Source: a virus (taxonomy: Duplodnaviria > Caudoviricetes). Taken from it: 24,545 nucleotides of DNA. This document shows positions 6,416 through 15,022 of the stretch, piece after piece; the first letter of the stretch is position 1; each line of letters opens with the position of its first letter. The translations under genes were made by a program, and so were the position numbers. The stretch spans positions 1 through 24,545 of the IMG/VR virus record IMGVR_UViG_3300020043_000079; one strand, given 5' to 3'. The notes under the pieces are model-generated. The model did not search any database, was not told where the DNA came from, and saw only the letters and a list, made by a program, of their open reading frames with translations.

Positions 6416-9400
6416 TTATCCTTGATAATTATCTATATCAGCCCATCCGGGAATCTGATCATCATTAATAACGCCCCATGTGGGGGTTTGGTTGTTGTTG
6501 ATAGCACCCCAAACTGGGGTTTGGTTGTCGTCAATTTTAATCCAACCTCTTTGAATTAACGCATCAACAAGCGTAATAGTTTCAGAAACAGTTGATACAT
6601 AGACAGCAATAGCCGAAACAGAATCTGAGCTATTTAACAATTCAGCCGTTACTCCACTCCAATCCATCTGAGCAGACTGTTCGTCAGTTAAGGTCAAGGA
6701 TTCTTCAACCAATAGCGTAAAAAGTAATTGCGCAACTTGTGCGTCTGTCAACGATAGCAATTCTTCGGTCAGTGACACAAAATCTACTTGTGACGATTCT
6801 GAATCAGACAAAGTTAAAGATTCTGCATTCGTTGGCGCAAAATCTGTTTGTGGAGTTTGTGAGTCAGTTAAGGATAAAGATTCTGCATTTAATGGGCCAA
6901 AATCTACTTGCGAGGCTTCTGCCTCAGTAAGCGTTAACGATTCGTCGTTTGATAGCGTAAAAAGCAATTGCGCAGCTTGTGCATCGGTTAAGGCAACACT
7001 TTCGCTTACCAAAACAACAAGCAGCGCCGCAAAGATCCAGCCTGTGTTGTTTGATACGTTAGTGCTGTTGCGCCCGGCATACATAGTGTTTGCCGGTGTT
7101 GCGCTTGAGTCTTGTATGCTTAAATAGTCCGCACCAAGCAGGCCACCGCTTGTGTTGTTAATAGTGGCTTGCGCTCCGGGAAGCGAGCTATTTAATGTAA
7201 TTAAGTTGCCAGAAGTGCCGAGCAAACTAAAGTTAGCCACGGATGTAGTCGTGCCTGATTCAATAGTAACTGTAGCAGGTTGTACTGTGTTGGTAATGTT
7301 TGCAAAGGCATTAGAGCCAGTGATTAACAAAGTGCCAGCGCCACCTTGATTCAGCGTTGGGTATGAATAGCCACTGCCTATAAATGATTTGGCTGTTGCG
7401 GCGCTCATATTGATCGTGCCTGAACCACTTATTGAAAAGTTTGCATCATATACAGACCATGTTGTGCCTGTAACTTCAATAGTATTGCTGCCTATCAACA
7501 GTTGGCGCACAAACGCATTATAAGAATCAAACAAACCTGTCGTTAAATTATTGCCATTTAAATCAAACACTCCTTGAAGCAATACAAAGGTGCGTGTAGT
7601 TGTTAAGGTTAAGGCATCTAACAAACGCAGCGTACCAGCCCCACTCTTATAAATTGAAAAAGTAACTGTTTTGCTATTTGATGTAATGCTTTGCGTACCG
7701 GAGCTTGCGCTAAAAAAGGTTTCAGTTGTTGCTGATATTGACATTCCTGTCGAGATAGTCAAATCACCATACATTGTCCGTGAGCCAGCTTCAGTCCATG
7801 TGCCAGCAAAGCCTGTGAAATTTATAGAACTAATCCCAGCGCCATAAACTCGCACCCCATCTGTACCTGCCGTAATGTTTATGTTTAAAGCATTGATTTC
7901 TGTACCGCCAGCGGTATTGCCAAAAACAAGACCACGGTTGCCAGTGCTGCCGCTGTATGTGGCGTTTAATATGCCTGACCCCGTATAAGTAAACCCTGTC
8001 ATATTGTCAAGGTTTATATTAAATGTGTTATTACCAGTTACATAAATTTGACCCGTACCAAATGCAATTGATCGTGTGTTGGTATTAGCTGAAGAAAATA
8101 TACCGCAAGTAAAATTATTATTATTTAAATCAAGCGCACCGTTTGTTAGTGTAGCCGACCTCGTTGAGCCAATCGTTAAAGCGCCTTGTAGTCTAAATGT
8201 GCCACCAATTCCATTAAATTGCACTTGTGAATCTACTGTCACTCCGTTTGTAGTAATTAACTGTGTGCCCGATGTGCCATTAAAAAGCAAAGCGCCTGTA
8301 ATGTAATTAACAGTCATTCCTGCGTTAAGCGTATAGTTTCCGGATACTGTTGTAGAAGATACGTTAGTTTGTCCAGTAAATCCCGTAAAATTTAAATTGT
8401 TATAACCACTATTAAATACGGTAACAATATCAGAGCCAGCCGTAACATTAAGGTTTATACGAGCCGTTCCAGTTGCTCCGTAACCAGAAATTGATCTTGT
8501 GCCTGTTGAGCCTGAATAATTTGCATTAACAATTGCGCTACCAGTAATCGTTAAATTTGTAGCTACGTTAAAATTCCAAACAGTTGCAGCATTGCCTGTC
8601 AAGTTAATCTGACCTGTACCAAAAGCAAGAGTGCGAGTGTTTGAGTTGTTGGTGTTAAACAATCCGCAAGTTAAAGTGTTATTGACTAAATTGAATGTGC
8701 CTTGCGTTAGGGTAAATGTTTTTGTTGTCCCAAGTGTTGTGTTAGCAGGAAACGTAACCGTTGTAGACAGATTGTTAACAGCAACGCCAGCTTCAATAGT
8801 TACCCCGGCAGAAGTAATTGTCTGAGTTTTGTTGTAACCAGAAAATGTAAACACACCTGCCGCAGAAGAAGTAACCGTTACGGCAGATGAAAAAGTTAAA
8901 TCACCATAAATTACAGATGCTGACGCAAGAATAGAAAACGTCATCGGCAGAGTTCTCGTTGAAAACCCAATTGTGCCAAGGTTAGGACTGACGTTTAATG
9001 TAATTGTGTTACCAGATGTTAGTCCGGTATTTTCAATAACAATAGTATCTTGTGCTAACGGATAATTAGCTACTGCTGGTGCGCCGCCAGAAGTAAGCGC
9101 CCAAGCGGTTGCCGTCCAGTTTCCACCTGCTGCCAAGCTCCAATAAACTGTTTTTGGCGTTTGTAATGTGATATTAGTATTATTGCCGCAATCGCCGCCT
9201 GTCGCTACAGTCAATGGCGAGGCTGCGCCTTGAAAGTTAATATCACGAAAATCAATGCGTCCATTCGTTACAAATGATCCAACAGTCAAAGTAATTTGAG
9301 TCCCAGCTAATGCTGCGGATGTTTGAATGCTCGCCCTTCTTGTTTGGTCTGAACCGCCGTTAACGGTCAATGTGCCAATAGTTTGATTGCCAGCAAAAGA

Positions 9401-10165
9401 ACAAACAAAAGTACCGATTGTGTTAACGCTATTATTTGTCAACGCATTAAATGTATTATTTGCATCGCCAATAGCAAAACCGTTGAGGTTTTTAAACACG
9501 TTGTAGTATGTCAACCCGCCACCGTTAAAACCACCTGCGGCTTGCGTTAATGTAATTGTTGATGTGCCTGCATTAACAGTTAAGTTCGTTGCGCCTAATG
9601 CGTTCCAATTTAAACAAGATATAGCGGACGAGCCAAGCGTAAGTGAGCGTGTTAATGCGCCCGTGATAGTAAATGCAGCGCTTGTCGTTAAATTAAAATT
9701 AGCTGTTGCAAATGCGCCTTGCGTAACTGTAAATGCGCCGGTGTTTGTTAATGCAGATCCTAATGTCCACTCTCCACCTGCGCCATTTAATGTGATTGCG
9801 CTTGCAAGCGATATGCCATTAGTTGTAATCGTAAAGCCCGTTGTCGTTGCAGCAAACGTAAGAGCAGAGGTGAATGTTCGTGTCACACCTGTTGCTGCAA
9901 TAGTCATACTGCCGTAAATTGACCAAGCCGCCGAGCCAGCAATAGTGACGTTACCAGTAAGAGGGGCGGCAATATTTACGCTACGACAGACGGGCGCAGT
10001 CGTTAACGTGCAGGTATAGGCTATAGCGTTTGATAGGCTAGTAAAAAACACATCGTCATTCAGGGTTGGAACAGAAGCGCCGCCCGCGCCGCCGTTTGTT
10101 GCAGACCAATTAGTAGTGGTTGCATCCCAGCTACCTGTACCGCCAACCCAGTAACGGTCTGCCAT
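6416..10165 (-). CDS. Large virion fibre/spike protein, predicted beta-solenoid with repeat-containing C-terminus (1249 aa)
   Basis: Thr/Gly/Asn-rich, charge-poor passenger-like sequence; N-terminal RYWVGGTGSW...NWS motif; located in the tail module. Confidence 0.75.
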   Translation of the reverse strand: MADRYWVGGTGSWDATTTNWSATNGGAGGASVPTLNDDVFFTSLSNAIAYTCTLTTAPVCRSVNIAAPLTGNVTIAGSAAWSIYGSMTIAATGVTRTFTSALTFAATTTGFTITTNGISLASAITLNGAGGEWTLGSALTNTGAFTVTQGAFATANFNLTTSAAFTITGALTRSLTLGSSAISCLNWNALGATNLTVNAGTSTITLTQAAGGFNGGGLTYYNVFKNLNGFAIGDANNTFNALTNNSVNTIGTFVCSFAGNQTIGTLTVNGGSDQTRRASIQTSAALAGTQITLTVGSFVTNGRIDFRDINFQGAASPLTVATGGDCGNNTNITLQTPKTVYWSLAAGGNWTATAWALTSGGAPAVANYPLAQDTIVIENTGLTSGNTITLNVSPNLGTIGFSTRTLPMTFSILASASVIYGDLTFSSAVTVTSSAAGVFTFSGYNKTQTITSAGVTIEAGVAVNNLSTTVTFPANTTLGTTKTFTLTQGTFNLVNNTLTCGLFNTNNSNTRTLAFGTGQINLTGNAATVWNFNVATNLTITGSAIVNANYSGSTGTRSISGYGATGTARINLNVTAGSDIVTVFNSGYNNLNFTGFTGQTNVSSTTVSGNYTLNAGMTVNYITGALLFNGTSGTQLITTNGVTVDSQVQFNGIGGTFRLQGALTIGSTRSATLTNGALDLNNNNFTCGIFSSANTNTRSIAFGTGQIYVTGNNTFNINLDNMTGFTYTGSGILNATYSGSTGNRGLVFGNTAGGTEINALNINITAGTDGVRVYGAGISSINFTGFAGTWTEAGSRTMYGDLTISTGMSISATTETFFSASSGTQSITSNSKTVTFSIYKSGAGTLRLLDALTLTTTRTFVLLQGVFDLNGNNLTTGLFDSYNAFVRQLLIGSNTIEVTGTTWSVYDANFSISGSGTINMSAATAKSFIGSGYSYPTLNQGGAGTLLITGSNAFANITNTVQPATVTIESGTTTSVANFSLLGTSGNLITLNSSLPGAQATINNTSGGLLGADYLSIQDSSATPANTMYAGRNSTNVSNNTGWIFAALLVVLVSESVALTDAQAAQLLFTLSNDESLTLTEAEASQVDFGPLNAESLSLTDSQTPQTDFAPTNAESLTLSDSESSQVDFVSLTEELLSLTDAQVAQLLFTLLVEESLTLTDEQSAQMDWSGVTAELLNSSDSVSAIAVYVSTVSETITLVDALIQRGWIKIDDNQTPVWGAINNNQTPTWGVINDDQIPGWADIDNYQG
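6419..6545 (-). repeat. Four 33-nt (11-aa) coding repeats W..I...Q.P
   Basis: WIKIDDNQTPV / WGAINNNQTPT / WGVINDDQIPG / WADIDNYQG. Confidence 0.88.
6560..7010 (-). repeat. About eight 60-nt (20-aa) acidic coding repeats ESL.L.D.....Q..F
   Basis: 60-nt periodicity is visible in consecutive sequence lines (6721, 6781, 6841, 6901, 6961), e.g. NAESLSLTDSQTPQTDFAPT / NAESLTLSDSESSQVDFVSL. Confidence 0.88.
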
Positions 10166-10167
10166 GA

Positions 10168-10407
10168 CTACTCCTCTACTACTGATTCATCGTTTTCAAC
10201 CGGCGTAGTAACAATCGCATACCAAGCGTTAAAACGGTCAACCTCAATCGTGTTGATCTCATCCGTAGTCAAAGAATTTATGTATTCAGGCGTGCCTACA
10301 ATTGCATCCCGCAATTCGTAACCTTCGTAGGTAGCATTGAAATCAATAGACATAGAACCGTCAGGATTAGTAACGGGTGGATTGCTAACAATAACTGGAG
10401 TTACCAT
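10168..10407 (-). CDS. Acidic hypothetical protein (79 aa), possibly fibre-associated
   Basis: GGAG RBS; sits 2 nt from the next gene. Confidence 0.75.
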   Translation of the reverse strand: MVTPVIVSNPPVTNPDGSMSIDFNATYEGYELRDAIVGTPEYINSLTTDEINTIEVDRFNAWYAIVTTPVENDESVVEE

Positions 10408-10419
10408 AATGGACTCCGA

Positions 10420-10998
10420 TTAACCTGCGGCACTAAGAGTGTAGGTGACGTTAACTGTGTCGCCTGACGATACAGTCTTTGATCCCGCAGTAAAGTCACC
10501 GGCAGAGAACAAGATGCCACTAGTATCGTCAATTGTGGCAGAGCCACCTACGTTAATAAATGCACCCGCAACCGTTCCTGATCCCGTCATGGCAAACGCC
10601 ACGGCAGCGCTAGTAGACTTCACGGCTGGGTTAGCTGTGGTTGAAGCACTAAATGTTGGTGTCTTGCGTGAGCCTGAATACGTTGGGGCATTTGCCAAGC
10701 CGACTTCTAACCATGAAGCATGACTTGCTTGCGTATCGGCAACAACGGCTGTACCCGTACCTTTAAGGCCCATAACAACTGCGCCTGCGGCTGAGTTGTC
10801 TAAATAGGCGTTATTCATTGAGGCACGACCTACGTTAGTGGTCAGGTTCTTGATGGTGTCAGACCACTTTAGGTTGCCTTGTGCGTCGTAGCATTCTGCC
10901 GTATAAACACCTTCAAGACCAACAACTTCTGCCTGTCCAGCGCCACGGATAACAGTCGCATCAACCGTATCACCAAATTTTGAAATTTCGTTACTCAT
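10420..10998 (-). CDS. Putative virion structural (tail/collar) protein (192 aa)
   Basis: Beta-rich; motifs CYDAQGNLKWSDTIKNL and C-terminal KTVSSGDTVNVTYTLS are typical of phage tail-associated proteins. Confidence 0.7.
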   Translation of the reverse strand: MSNEISKFGDTVDATVIRGAGQAEVVGLEGVYTAECYDAQGNLKWSDTIKNLTTNVGRASMNNAYLDNSAAGAVVMGLKGTGTAVVADTQASHASWLEVGLANAPTYSGSRKTPTFSASTTANPAVKSTSAAVAFAMTGSGTVAGAFINVGGSATIDDTSGILFSAGDFTAGSKTVSSGDTVNVTYTLSAAG

Positions 10999-11019
10999 GT
11001 TGTGTAGTCCTTATAGTGC

Positions 11020-11451
11020 TTACGCTGAACGCACAATTGCGTTTTGAAAATCAGCCAGTGGGAAATCTATAACAAAGTTGCCGCTCGAAGTGGTTTTATC
11101 TTCACCAAAGTCTAATACGGCAATAGCAGGGTTAGTAAGTCCGTCTGCCTTGTAAATAAGCGCACCACGAGCCGTAATTGATGTAACAGGCCAAGTCACT
11201 GTAGCGAAGCTAATAAACGCCACACTATTAGATAGCGTTGGGTATGTAGAAATAGTAAGAACCTGCCCACCGGCGGTGTATCCAGTGCCAGATGATTCGT
11301 CTGTTGTGGAGTATGCCGTAGTGTTCTCGTTAAGTGTTGCGGCAGAGGTGTATAACGCCACTTTAAACACTTGCGTAGTCGTGCTGCTAAAGTTAAACAC
11401 ACCCTCTAGCAAGCCGCGTTTGTAGGAGTTAACAATGGTTTGCGTAATCAT
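11020..11451 (-). CDS. Conserved virion structural protein (143 aa)
   Basis: Pattern FKVALYTSAATL...TTAY...GTGYTAGG...ITARGALIY...AVLDFG.DKT, familiar from uncultured phage tail modules. Confidence 0.75.
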   Translation of the reverse strand: MITQTIVNSYKRGLLEGVFNFSSTTTQVFKVALYTSAATLNENTTAYSTTDESSGTGYTAGGQVLTISTYPTLSNSVAFISFATVTWPVTSITARGALIYKADGLTNPAIAVLDFGEDKTTSSGNFVIDFPLADFQNAIVRSA

Positions 11452-12098
11452 GTCACATCCTGACGAAACTGACCCGAACGATACGCATCTTGACGTTGCT
11501 TACCATCACCCAACTGCTTGAGCAACATAATAGCTTGCAGATAAAGCTTTTCGTAGAACGCAACCACATCAGGCTCGCCCTTGATAAACCGAATCGCCTC
11601 AATCAATGCGCCATTAAGGAGAGCCGAATCAAAGTTATCGCCAAGCCATGACGTTCCGGCTGTGACAATCGACTCAGGGTAGTAGAAGTAGTGAAGCTCT
11701 ACGCCGTAGTTAGAATCTGGCGTAGGTCCAAGAATCAAGCTTAACTCTGTGACCGCGCTACTTGTTGGACCAAAGATTGCGTAATACTTTGGCAGGCCCG
11801 TGCTTGTTGGCGTAGGGTAGGCTTGGCGAATAAAGTTTACATCTTTGTTCAACAAATACTCATACGAGCCATTAGCACGAATGACTGACAGCGAATAGAC
11901 AGAAAGGAAGTCATCAGGCGCAGACAGATACTTGTTGCTTGATGTTAACGTACCCGTGACGTTCTTACGCAGGTTTGATATCTGAACAGTGTTATAGATC
12001 TTCTGTTCAGCTTGCTTTGTAAACATCGCAAACTCATCTACCGTGAAAGAGTTTTCACAGATGTCAGCAATGTTTGTACAAAGTTCAGCGTAGTTCAT
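11448..12098 (-). CDS. Head-tail adaptor / tail tubular protein A-like (216 aa)
   Basis: Pattern MNYAEL..I, AEQKI, P.DFL, GLPKYYA, LGPTPD, SWL, LLNGALIEA..F.K. Confidence 0.75.
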   Translation of the reverse strand: MNYAELCTNIADICENSFTVDEFAMFTKQAEQKIYNTVQISNLRKNVTGTLTSSNKYLSAPDDFLSVYSLSVIRANGSYEYLLNKDVNFIRQAYPTPTSTGLPKYYAIFGPTSSAVTELSLILGPTPDSNYGVELHYFYYPESIVTAGTSWLGDNFDSALLNGALIEAIRFIKGEPDVVAFYEKLYLQAIMLLKQLGDGKQRQDAYRSGQFRQDVT

Positions 12099-12382
12099 GC
12101 CATCGGACCCCGTGCCATCTTACCTTTCGTCTGCGCTTTACCGCCGCGCACTTGAATGCCGCTAGTCTTGGTTGGCGAATTTCTGTTGCCAACACTTACT
12201 CGCATAGCTTCTGTTGATGGAGTAAATTGCTTAGCGGTTAATGTGTTGGAATCAACACCGCCAGATACAGCGGCTTGCGCTGCGGCTGAATTAATTTTCT
12301 TACCTGTCATGGTGTGCGGCTCCGCATAAACAGAGGCAGGACCCACCTCTTTTCCCATCAGTTTTTGGCTATATTTGCCCAT
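12095..12382 (-). CDS. Small basic protein ending in GIQVRGGKAQTKGKMARGPMA (95 aa)
   Basis: Coupled to both neighbours; C-terminus is a diverged relative of the GKTKG tag. Confidence 0.8.
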   Translation of the reverse strand: MGKYSQKLMGKEVGPASVYAEPHTMTGKKINSAAAQAAVSGGVDSNTLTAKQFTPSTEAMRVSVGNRNSPTKTSGIQVRGGKAQTKGKMARGPMA

Positions 12383-12384
12383 GA

Positions 12385-12564
12385 TTACCCCTGATTAGCG
12401 ACTTTGGCTAGACCACGACCCATCTTCTTCATGGCTTCAGAAGTCACGCCTGCTGACTTTTTGCCGCCCTTCATGCCCATGACTTTTGCGCCATCAGAAC
12501 CCAAGTTCTGCACATCAGTCTTACCTTTTTTTGCTACGCCATCAGCGCCACGTTTATATGCCAT
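12385..12564 (-). CDS. 59-aa basic protein MAYKRGADGVAKKGKTDVQNLGSDGAKVMGMKGGKKSAGVTSEAMKKMGRGLAKVANQG
   Basis: Not in ORF track (under 60 aa). AGGAG 6 nt upstream of the ATG at 12564; TAA 2 nt before the next ATG. Confidence 0.82.
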   Translation of the reverse strand: MAYKRGADGVAKKGKTDVQNLGSDGAKVMGMKGGKKSAGVTSEAMKKMGRGLAKVANQG

Positions 12565-12573
12565 GATCGGCTC

Positions 12574-12879
12574 CTAAGAAATAGTAACTTGCCCAACGAA
12601 AGAAGTAGTCGTTACACCAACTGCTTGTATTACTTGCGACCGACTCTGCGGATACCCTGTAAAGTCTGGACGTGGATTACGAATTGCTTGTGGATCATCG
12701 ACTGGATACATACCAAGCTGAAGCTGCGGTTGATCTGGACTCCAACACTCGTTACAAGCTTTAATATTTGTAGTCTTCGTCTTAACAATTAGATAGCGTA
12801 GTGTTCGTAGTTTATACCGAAAGCCACAGATATCACACTCCGCAATCGCTTTACTATCAGACGCAAACTTATTACCCAC
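12574..12879 (-). CDS. Zinc-ribbon protein, CxxC...CxxC (101 aa)
   Basis: AECDICGFRY...ACNECW, followed by DQPQLQ and DPQAIRNPRPD. GTG start. Confidence 0.8.
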   Translation of the reverse strand: MGNKFASDSKAIAECDICGFRYKLRTLRYLIVKTKTTNIKACNECWSPDQPQLQLGMYPVDDPQAIRNPRPDFTGYPQSRSQVIQAVGVTTTSFVGQVTIS

Positions 12880-12881
12880 AA

Positions 12882-13589
12882 CTAGCTCCGGATACCAATG
12901 ATACGTGGCACAAAACGCACAGACGCTTTCTCACGATCCTCGCCCGCAGCTAACTCAAATTGAAACTCATACTCTTGTTTTAACATCGGCATACGCGGTG
13001 CTAACTCCGGATACTTCATGGCAATGTAATACGCCAAGCCAGCAGAGATTGCCGGTAAGAATCGGAAGTTTGCGTCTTGGGTGTTTGCACCCGTGCCAGC
13101 ATCGTCGATACGACGCATACGCCAATATTTAAAAACGTAGTAAGGGTCTAATGCCGTACCTTGGTTAGGAACAGGCCATACAACAATCTTAGGGTTATCC
13201 CTGAGTCTGCGAACCCATACCTGAATGGGGCGGCCTTGAGCTAACTTGTTAGGGATTGTTGCGTAAGTAGATACGCTAATACGCGATATGGTGAGGTCAG
13301 ACTGAGTGGAGTAGTTGCCTGCGCCTGTACGGATAACATGATCCATTAGATCAATCGTATCGGCAGGAAGATCATACTCAGCTTGACCTTGGATAAGATC
13401 AATCTCACCCTCGTCAATTGTCCACATATTAATGCCACGGTTCTGAAACTCGATGGTCATTAGGTTCATAGACCGTGTGGCGGTGCGAAGATCATAGCCT
13501 GTGCGCAGTTCTCGACCAGCGCGTTCAAACGCCTCTTCAGCCAATTCAGCGAAGTCTAGGTTAAATGCGGTGGTTCCAGAAACAGCCAT
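12882..13589 (-). CDS. Head-tail connector/adaptor protein (235 aa)
   Basis: Pattern EEAFERAG, RSMNLM..E..NRGINMWT, GQAEY.LP.D, GRP.Q, VWPVP, FLPAI.AGLAYYIA. Confidence 0.75.
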   Translation of the reverse strand: MAVSGTTAFNLDFAELAEEAFERAGRELRTGYDLRTATRSMNLMTIEFQNRGINMWTIDEGEIDLIQGQAEYDLPADTIDLMDHVIRTGAGNYSTQSDLTISRISVSTYATIPNKLAQGRPIQVWVRRLRDNPKIVVWPVPNQGTALDPYYVFKYWRMRRIDDAGTGANTQDANFRFLPAISAGLAYYIAMKYPELAPRMPMLKQEYEFQFELAAGEDREKASVRFVPRIIGIRS

Positions 13590-13822
13590 TATGTTTTCGC
13601 CGTTTTAGCTGCGTTGATAAAGTCCTGAGCGGTAGGAGCGCCCTTTTGACCGGGCTTTCTCATTTTAGCTCCTCGCGCACGCTTTGCATGAATGTTGTCG
13701 TACAAACCAACCTTACCGCCTTCAGCAAACAGTTGGTACTTATCGCCGTCTTTGCGACGCAAGGTTTTACCCTTTGGCATCTTTGACGGTAGGATTGCTC
13801 CCATACCACGGCTGGCTCGCAT
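13589..13822 (-). CDS. Small basic protein (77 aa) with RGMGAI, FAEGG and GLYDNIHAKR motifs
   Basis: TAATG coupling with the downstream gene; strongly basic. Confidence 0.8.
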   Translation of the reverse strand: MRASRGMGAILPSKMPKGKTLRRKDGDKYQLFAEGGKVGLYDNIHAKRARGAKMRKPGQKGAPTAQDFINAAKTAKT

Positions 13823-13824
13823 GA

Positions 13825-14169
13825 TTAAATCATCCTTCCCTTAGTTTTACCGCGAACGGCACAACCATCAGCGCGTTTAGATGCGCCAGACTTAACTGAC
13901 CCACCTTTCTTGTAATTACGCTTCTTAGTGTAGTCGTAACCTGCATCGGTTTCTGCACGCATATCACGATACTCTTGTGTATCGTCGTCTGTTGGCGGAT
14001 TGCCGCTTAGATCCACTGGAGGAAGACTCTTTACGCCTTCCTTCATTCGCTGGCGCTGGATGAAGTCTTTTGCAAATTCATCTGCGCTTTTGCCGCCACG
14101 AATACGTTCAGCAGCTAATTGTGCCGCTTCGTTTTGTCTGTCAATTTGTGCTTGACGTTTTGGATCCAT
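13825..14169 (-). CDS. Small protein with C-terminal KRADGC/GKTKG tag (114 aa)
   Basis: Ends YKKGGSVKSGASKRADGCAVRGKTKGRMI. Confidence 0.82.
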   Translation of the reverse strand: MDPKRQAQIDRQNEAAQLAAERIRGGKSADEFAKDFIQRQRMKEGVKSLPPVDLSGNPPTDDDTQEYRDMRAETDAGYDYTKKRNYKKGGSVKSGASKRADGCAVRGKTKGRMI

Positions 14170-14171
14170 GA

Positions 14172-14735
14172 TTACACCATCCTACCTTTTGTTTTGCCAC
14201 GAACAGCGCAGCCGTCAGCTCGCTTAGATGCGCCAGACTTAACCGAACCACCTTTTTTAAAGGGCGACCCTTCCATTGCTCGACCGATTTTCTTTGCCGC
14301 TTCACGGGCGCGACGAGCATTGCCTGTGTTGCGCATGATTACATCAATCGTATCGCCAACAGGACCATTGCGGCTAAAGTCGCCAGCAGCCGAACGAGGG
14401 CGTGGACGAGGCATTTCTGGCTCCCTTCCTTCTACGGCCTGAGCAACAATGTCAGAAACATCTTGGCGAGTAGTGGAAATAGGACGAGCTGGAATGGCGC
14501 GACGAGGAGCAACAGGAACTGGAACAGCTTCAGGCATACGAACCTCACGACCCATCAGGTCAGCGGCTTGTTTGTCTGAAAGAGTGCCTGCCGAGCGTAA
14601 CGCCGCAGCACGATCCTCGTCAGAAATACGTTCATTGCGACCTGCGCGTAGACCTGCATCAACATCAGCTTGTGTAAGTCCGGCGTCAATATCGGCTTGG
14701 GTTAAACCACCACCAGCGTAGCGTTTCTTCTTCAT
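14172..14735 (-). CDS. Low-complexity protein with N-terminal YAGGG and C-terminal KRADGC/GKTKG tag (187 aa)
   Basis: Starts MKKKRYAGGG, contains GLTQAD.DA twice, ends FKKGGSVKSGASKRADGCAVRGKTKGRMV. Confidence 0.82.
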   Translation of the reverse strand: MKKKRYAGGGLTQADIDAGLTQADVDAGLRAGRNERISDEDRAAALRSAGTLSDKQAADLMGREVRMPEAVPVPVAPRRAIPARPISTTRQDVSDIVAQAVEGREPEMPRPRPRSAAGDFSRNGPVGDTIDVIMRNTGNARRAREAAKKIGRAMEGSPFKKGGSVKSGASKRADGCAVRGKTKGRMV

Positions 14736-15013
14736 ACCATTTTCCCTTTGGTTTTGCCTTTAACACAGCATCCGTCAGCACGTTTAGAAGCTGAAACCGA
14801 ACCGCCCTTTGCCATTTCCTTGGGTGCTTCATACGGTGACACACCGGCTTCAATCTTACCCATGGAGCTTAGATTGCCGCGAGGACGAGGAGCGCCCACC
14901 ATTGCGCCCATTCCCGGAGTGCGCATAGTTTTTACTCTACGCTTACCGCGCAACGGAGCAGGAAGAAATGCTGCGTCTGTATCTTTGTCTGATGCGGTAG
15001 GGGCTTCAATCAT
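14732..15013 (-). CDS. Small protein with C-terminal KRADGC/GKTKG tag (93 aa)
   Basis: Ends MAKGGSVSASKRADGCCVKGKTKGKMV; AAGGA RBS; ATGA overlap with the next gene. Confidence 0.8.
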   Translation of the reverse strand: MIEAPTASDKDTDAAFLPAPLRGKRRVKTMRTPGMGAMVGAPRPRGNLSSMGKIEAGVSPYEAPKEMAKGGSVSASKRADGCCVKGKTKGKMV

Positions 15014-15022
15014 GATAGTTCC

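Larger units (their letters stand above)
13825..14812 (-). repeat. Three dispersed copies of a ~81-87-nt tag-encoding repeat (13825-13911, 14172-14258, 14732-14812)
   Basis: The copies form the 3' ends of three consecutive genes. Copies 1 and 2 share the exact run ttagatgcgccagacttaac. Confidence 0.9.

Noticed and set aside
6560-7010. 60-nt periodicity as a CRISPR-like array
   Set aside because: The units are degenerate, in frame and conserved at protein level, with no constant repeat plus unique spacer pattern and no cas genes.
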